Shown here: in pieces, positions 60,071 to 64,000 of the stretch
Layout: the number at the start of each line of letters is the position of its first letter
Numbering within the stretch: position 1 is the stretch's first letter
From: Bacteroidota bacterium
GTDB lineage: Bacteria > Bacteroidota > Bacteroidia > NORP154
Direction: 5' to 3'
DNA length: 64,000 nucleotides
Assembly (NCBI GenBank): GCA_043811005.1
Contig: JBDRNO010000145.1
Location: forward strand, 6,008 to 70,007
The notes under the pieces: generated by a model
The model's database searches: none
What the model was told of the DNA's origin: nothing
The model's input: only the letters and a program-made list of their open reading frames with translations
Translations under genes and position numbers: made by a program

Positions 60071-60610
60071 TCAGGCATCACCTTGTTTTGCAGAAGGTAG
60101 GTGTACCCTATGTTTTGCAACAACTGCAAAGCAGGTATCTGCGAGATGTGGTTTTCTTTGAAAGATAGGGGTTTCATTTGTTTTCGTTATTGTTTCCCTC
60201 CTGGGAGGGGTTAGGGGTGGGTTCCCTACCCGGCACCCCCCCCTATGTTCAATTATCCAATTTTCAATAGTTCTTAAAACATTGGTCATCTCTTTTTTTA
60301 CTTCCCTATCATCAAATCTCAAAAATCTAACTCCAAGAGATTCCAACCTTTTCTGTCTTTTTACATCTGCTTTTTTCACTTCTTCTTTATCATGGCTACA
60401 GCCATCTATTTCTATTGCCAACATGAGGTCTTTGCAATAAAAGGCTACGATAAAATGATCTATTGGTCTTTGGCGGTCAAAATCGTAGCCCGGCATTTTC
60501 TTTTGTTTCAGTTCATTCCACAGCAATACTTCCGATAAGGTCATGTTTTTTCTAAGCTGCTTTGCTCTTTCTTTTAGTATGGGGTTGTATGGTATTATTT
60601 TTCTTTTCAT
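60071..60610 (-). CDS. DUF559 / Vsr-like endonuclease domain protein
   Basis: AKQLRKNMT.SE..LW, F.RQ.PI, AIEIDG.SH, RQ..LESLG..FLRF; the tail reads through a REP. Confidence 0.88.
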   Translation of the reverse strand: MKRKIIPYNPILKERAKQLRKNMTLSEVLLWNELKQKKMPGYDFDRQRPIDHFIVAFYCKDLMLAIEIDGCSHDKEEVKKADVKRQKRLESLGVRFLRFDDREVKKEMTNVLRTIENWIIEHRGGCRVGNPPLTPPRRETITKTNETPIFQRKPHLADTCFAVVAKHRVHLPSAKQGDA

Positions 60611-60671
60611 TTTTTCCTGTTTTTTCGGGAGGGGTTATTACCCACCCCTAAATCCCCTCCCGGGAGGGGAC
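60194..60671. repeat. Inverted pair of CCCCTCCC/GGGAGGGG REP-like hairpins bracketing the DUF559 domain
   Basis: ttccctcctgggaggggttaggggtgggt (about 60194-60222) vs acccacccctaaatcccctcccgggaggggac (about 60640-60671). Confidence 0.85.
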
Positions 60672-60897
60672 TTTTCGTTGTTGCTTCCATTGTTGTCAAT
60701 TAGTGTTTAATATTCTCTATCCAGCATTTTTCTTGAACTCACTGACTCCTCTTAATAATCTTCCGCAGAATCTTCTCTTCACCCACCTCAATTATTATGT
60801 CCTTTTTTATACGAATAACCCGTAACACGCAACAATAAGCAAATAGAATTTTAGTTATTAACTGTTTTTACAAGCGAAATAGTTACTGCTAAGGAAT

Positions 60898-61506
60898 TTA
60901 CACCCCTAATATCATAATCAAGACAGAAATAATACCGAGAAAGAACCCGGTGTAAATTTGAGCGGGGCAATGAGCATTTAGCTTTAATCGTGAAAACCCG
61001 ATAAACCCCGCACAAAGGATTAATAGCATAATAACAGCGCTAATATCCACCATAAATCGCTGTGAGATACCGATCATTGCCCCAAGCACCCCCCCGATAC
61101 CTATCATATGCATGCTTATCTTCCATCTTAAATTTATTATAAAAGCAATAATAATTGATAATATAGCGCCCAGAATTAACATATAAACTATAGGTGGTAA
61201 TGGTATTTGTTTTAAAAAAAAGTACGCAAAGCAATAATAAACAATTGCCAGCACGTAAGGGAATTTCCTTTCTTTAATCGTCTCCAGGTTCAAACTTCGA
61301 ATCGTTCCTTTTTTCATCAAAAAGATTGCGTTTATAACTGGCAAGAGAATGGTAAAAATAAATACAACCAGATATACTATTTTTTTTGATAAAGGAGGAA
61401 CAGAGTATGTTAAGTAAGTATCGGTGTTAAAGACTAGATAAAGCCCAAAAATTGGCATTATCAAAGGATGAAAAAGGAATGAAATGACTTTAGCGAATTT
61501 AGTCAT
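60898..61506 (-). CDS. Multi-pass membrane protein (PAP2-like)
   Basis: S..FHPL..P, ER..P, WKISMH, SRL.L.AH...Q...G. Confidence 0.75.
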   Translation of the reverse strand: MTKFAKVISFLFHPLIMPIFGLYLVFNTDTYLTYSVPPLSKKIVYLVVFIFTILLPVINAIFLMKKGTIRSLNLETIKERKFPYVLAIVYYCFAYFFLKQIPLPPIVYMLILGAILSIIIAFIINLRWKISMHMIGIGGVLGAMIGISQRFMVDISAVIMLLILCAGFIGFSRLKLNAHCPAQIYTGFFLGIISVLIMILGV

Positions 61507-61587
61507 TGGTGGATTGTGGAGTTAGTAAATCAACTAATTAATTGTATCGGAATTTTTATTTTTTAAACAAATTACGCAGCTATGTTC

Positions 61588-63081
61588 TCACAATTCTTTT
61601 CTAAGCCGTGCAACAGGAATGTTGAGCTGTTCACGGTATTTAGCAATTGTTCTCCGTGCTATGTTATATCCTTTTTCTTTAAGGATTTTGGTTAACTTTT
61701 CATCAGCTAACGGCTTCTTTTTATATTCAGCAGCGATACAGTCTTCGAGTATCTTTTTAATTTCTCTTGTAGAAACCTCCTCCCCACTATCAGTTTGCAG
61801 GGATTCGGAAAAAAAGGTTTTTAATAAGAATGTGCCAAAAGGGGTTTGAACGTATTTACTATTTGCAACCCTTGAAATTGTTGAAATATCAAGATTAACC
61901 ATTTCGGCAATGTCTTTCAGTATCATTGGCTTAAGCTTTGTATCATCCCCATCTTGGAAATATTCTTTTTGATAATTTATTATTGCTGCCATTGTCTTGA
62001 TGAGCGTTTCCTGTCTTTGTTTAATAGCATCAATAAACCATTTAGCAGCATCAAGCTTTTGCTTAACAAACATTAAAGTTTCTTTTTGTTTTTTATCTGG
62101 CTTGCCCTTTTTGTTTATATGATCCATCAGCATACTGGAATAGCTTTTGCTCACTCTTAATTCCGGGGCATTAGAGGAGTTTAAGCTCAGATCAAGCGCT
62201 CCGTCATTATTTACAATTGTAAAATCAGGAACAATATACTGAATTGGCTTTTGGCTTTCTGCCAATGAATTTCCGGGTTTGGGGTTTAGTTTTAATATCT
62301 CATCTATTGCGTTTTTTAATTTTTCGAGACTGATATTCAGCTTTACGGTTATTTTATCATAATGTTTTTTAGTAAACTCGATAAAATGTTTGTCAATAAT
62401 TTGCATTGCTGTTTTACCGGCTTCGTTATGTGGGGCTTTTCTTTTTAGTTGTATTCGCAAACATTCTCTCAAATCTCTTGCACCAACACCAGGCGGGTCA
62501 AAATCCTGAATGATCTCAAGTAATGATAGCAATTCGTCTTCAGTAGTAGCAATATTTTGAGAAAAAGCCATGTCGTCAACAATTGCGGATAAATGACGCC
62601 TCAGATAACCGTCATCATCAATGCTGCCTATCAGGTGCAACGCTTTTGCATATTGATCTTCATCTAAAATTTGCAATCCAAGCTGGCTTATAAGCAATTC
62701 GTGAAAGGTCATACTAACAGCGAAAGGAATTGTCTTGTTTTCTTCATCTCTACCGGCATTTTTTGCAGTTAATTTATAAGATGGGATATCATCATCATCC
62801 AAATAGTCAGTTAAATCAAATTCATCATCATTGTTTTTGCTTTCTTCTTGCAATTCCCCATCTTCGGTATAATCAAAATCTTCTGTATCATCAGATGAAT
62901 CGTCCTGTACTTTTTCATCATCTTCATCACTTCCTTCTTCAAGAGTGGGATTGTTCTCGATCTCTTCCTTTATTCTTTGTTCAAGCGCCACAGTAGGTAT
63001 CTGGAGCAATTTCATCAACTGAATTTGCTGGGGAGACAGCTTTTGCTGCAGCTTTTGTTGTAGCTTTTGCTTTAGCATCAT
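61588..63081 (-). CDS. rpoN: RNA polymerase sigma-54 factor
   Basis: Gln-rich region I, DPPGVGAR, STISR HTH, RpoN box ARRTIAKYR. Confidence 0.97.
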   Translation of the reverse strand: MMLKQKLQQKLQQKLSPQQIQLMKLLQIPTVALEQRIKEEIENNPTLEEGSDEDDEKVQDDSSDDTEDFDYTEDGELQEESKNNDDEFDLTDYLDDDDIPSYKLTAKNAGRDEENKTIPFAVSMTFHELLISQLGLQILDEDQYAKALHLIGSIDDDGYLRRHLSAIVDDMAFSQNIATTEDELLSLLEIIQDFDPPGVGARDLRECLRIQLKRKAPHNEAGKTAMQIIDKHFIEFTKKHYDKITVKLNISLEKLKNAIDEILKLNPKPGNSLAESQKPIQYIVPDFTIVNNDGALDLSLNSSNAPELRVSKSYSSMLMDHINKKGKPDKKQKETLMFVKQKLDAAKWFIDAIKQRQETLIKTMAAIINYQKEYFQDGDDTKLKPMILKDIAEMVNLDISTISRVANSKYVQTPFGTFLLKTFFSESLQTDSGEEVSTREIKKILEDCIAAEYKKKPLADEKLTKILKEKGYNIARRTIAKYREQLNIPVARLRKEL

Positions 63082-63136
63082 GCAAAAAAATTAATAGCTT
63101 TGCAAGTTATTAAAACATTTAAAAAGACACAAAAAT

Positions 63137-64000
63137 ATGCAAATTAAAGATTTTTATAAATACGAAAGGAAACAAATAACAGTAAAGGGCTGGGTAGCCA
63201 ACAAAAGAACAGGCAAGGGTATTGTATTTATTATTCTGAGAGACGGCAGCGGCTTTGCTCAATGTGTTGTCAGTGAAGACAATGTTAGCAGTGAGTTATT
63301 TGAGAATGCAAGGATATTGACACAGGAATCATCAGTTGAATTGACAGGGAAAGTGGTAAAAGACGAAAGGCAGGTTGGGGGCTATGAATTACATGTTGAT
63401 GACTTGAAAATTATTTCTATTGCTGATGAATACCCTATCTCAAAAAAATCTCACGGTGTTGAGTTCCTGGCTGATAACCGTCATTTATGGCTGCGCTCCA
63501 GGCGGCAATGGGCAATTATGCGTATCCGCAACCAGATCATCTTTTCCATTCATAAATTTTTCCAGGGGCAAGGATTTGTGCAGATGGATTCACCAATATT
63601 TACAGGTAATGCTTGTGAAGGCACGAGCGACCTGTTTGAGACCGAATATTTTGACCGTCCTGCCTATTTAGCACAATCAGGACAGCTTTACGGAGAGGCA
63701 ATGGCAATGGCAATGGGCAAGATATATACCTTTGGTCCAACCTTCCGTGCCGAGAAATCCAAAACCCGCAGGCATCTGACAGAATTCTGGATGATAGAGC
63801 CTGAGATGGCATTTTATGACAATGACCAAAATATGGATTTAATAGAAGAATTCATAAAAAAAATAGTGAAGGATGTATTAAAAAACTGCAATAACGAACT
63901 CGATATCATTGAAAGAGATAGGTGCATGCTTGAGAAGGCGTTACAGGATTTTCCCCGGATCACTTATGATGAAGCCGTTAAAATAATGAAAGGAGAGAAA
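63137..64000 (+). CDS. asnS: Asparagine--tRNA ligase (runs off the window)
   Basis: Manual translation from ATG 63137: VKGWV, LRDGSG, RHLWLRS, YLAQSGQLY, FGPTFRAEKSKTRRHLTEFWMIEPE. Confidence 0.93.
   Translation, partial: MQIKDFYKYERKQITVKGWVANKRTGKGIVFIILRDGSGFAQCVVSEDNVSSELFENARILTQESSVELTGKVVKDERQVGGYELHVDDLKIISIADEYPISKKSHGVEFLADNRHLWLRSRRQWAIMRIRNQIIFSIHKFFQGQGFVQMDSPIFTGNACEGTSDLFETEYFDRPAYLAQSGQLYGEAMAMAMGKIYTFGPTFRAEKSKTRRHLTEFWMIEPEMAFYDNDQNMDLIEEFIKKIVKDVLKNCNNELDIIERDRCMLEKALQDFPRITYDEAVKIMKGEK

Noticed and set aside
60054-60890. Integrative element or prophage at the tRNA-Val 3' end
   Set aside because: No integrase and no duplicated tRNA 3' end found

Overview
64-kb chromosomal window from an AT-rich Bacteroidota bacterium. 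The assignment rests on TAnnTTTG promoters, T9SS type A/B C-terminal sorting domains, and Bacteroidota-type LipB, GpsA and OmpA/PD40 proteins. Housekeeping backbone: lipB, PGI/PMI, lysS, gpsA, uvrC, comF, dnaG, recJ, rpoN, asnS (partial) and tRNA-Val(TAC). Accessory parts: (1) three tandem T9SS-secreted paralogues with a conserved polyglycine scaffold and hypervariable Cys-containing loops, plus a secreted metallophosphoesterase; (2) a compositionally skewed block with a two-component system and an acyl-carrier-protein homologue lacking the phosphopantetheine Ser; (3) a propeller-PP2C sensor and a fused CoA-activase. The most striking unexplained layer is a dense set of distinct miniature repeat families: REP-like palindromes and inverted 7/8/9-mer arrays. 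Three families bracket a candidate cognate gene (a four-helix-bundle protein, a DUF559 nuclease, an IS200/RAYT-like fragment). Gene-less copies fill intergenic spaces, follow a truncated tRNA 5' fragment, and sit in-frame within core genes and signal peptides. All calls come from reading the sequence and recalled family motifs; no database searches were run.
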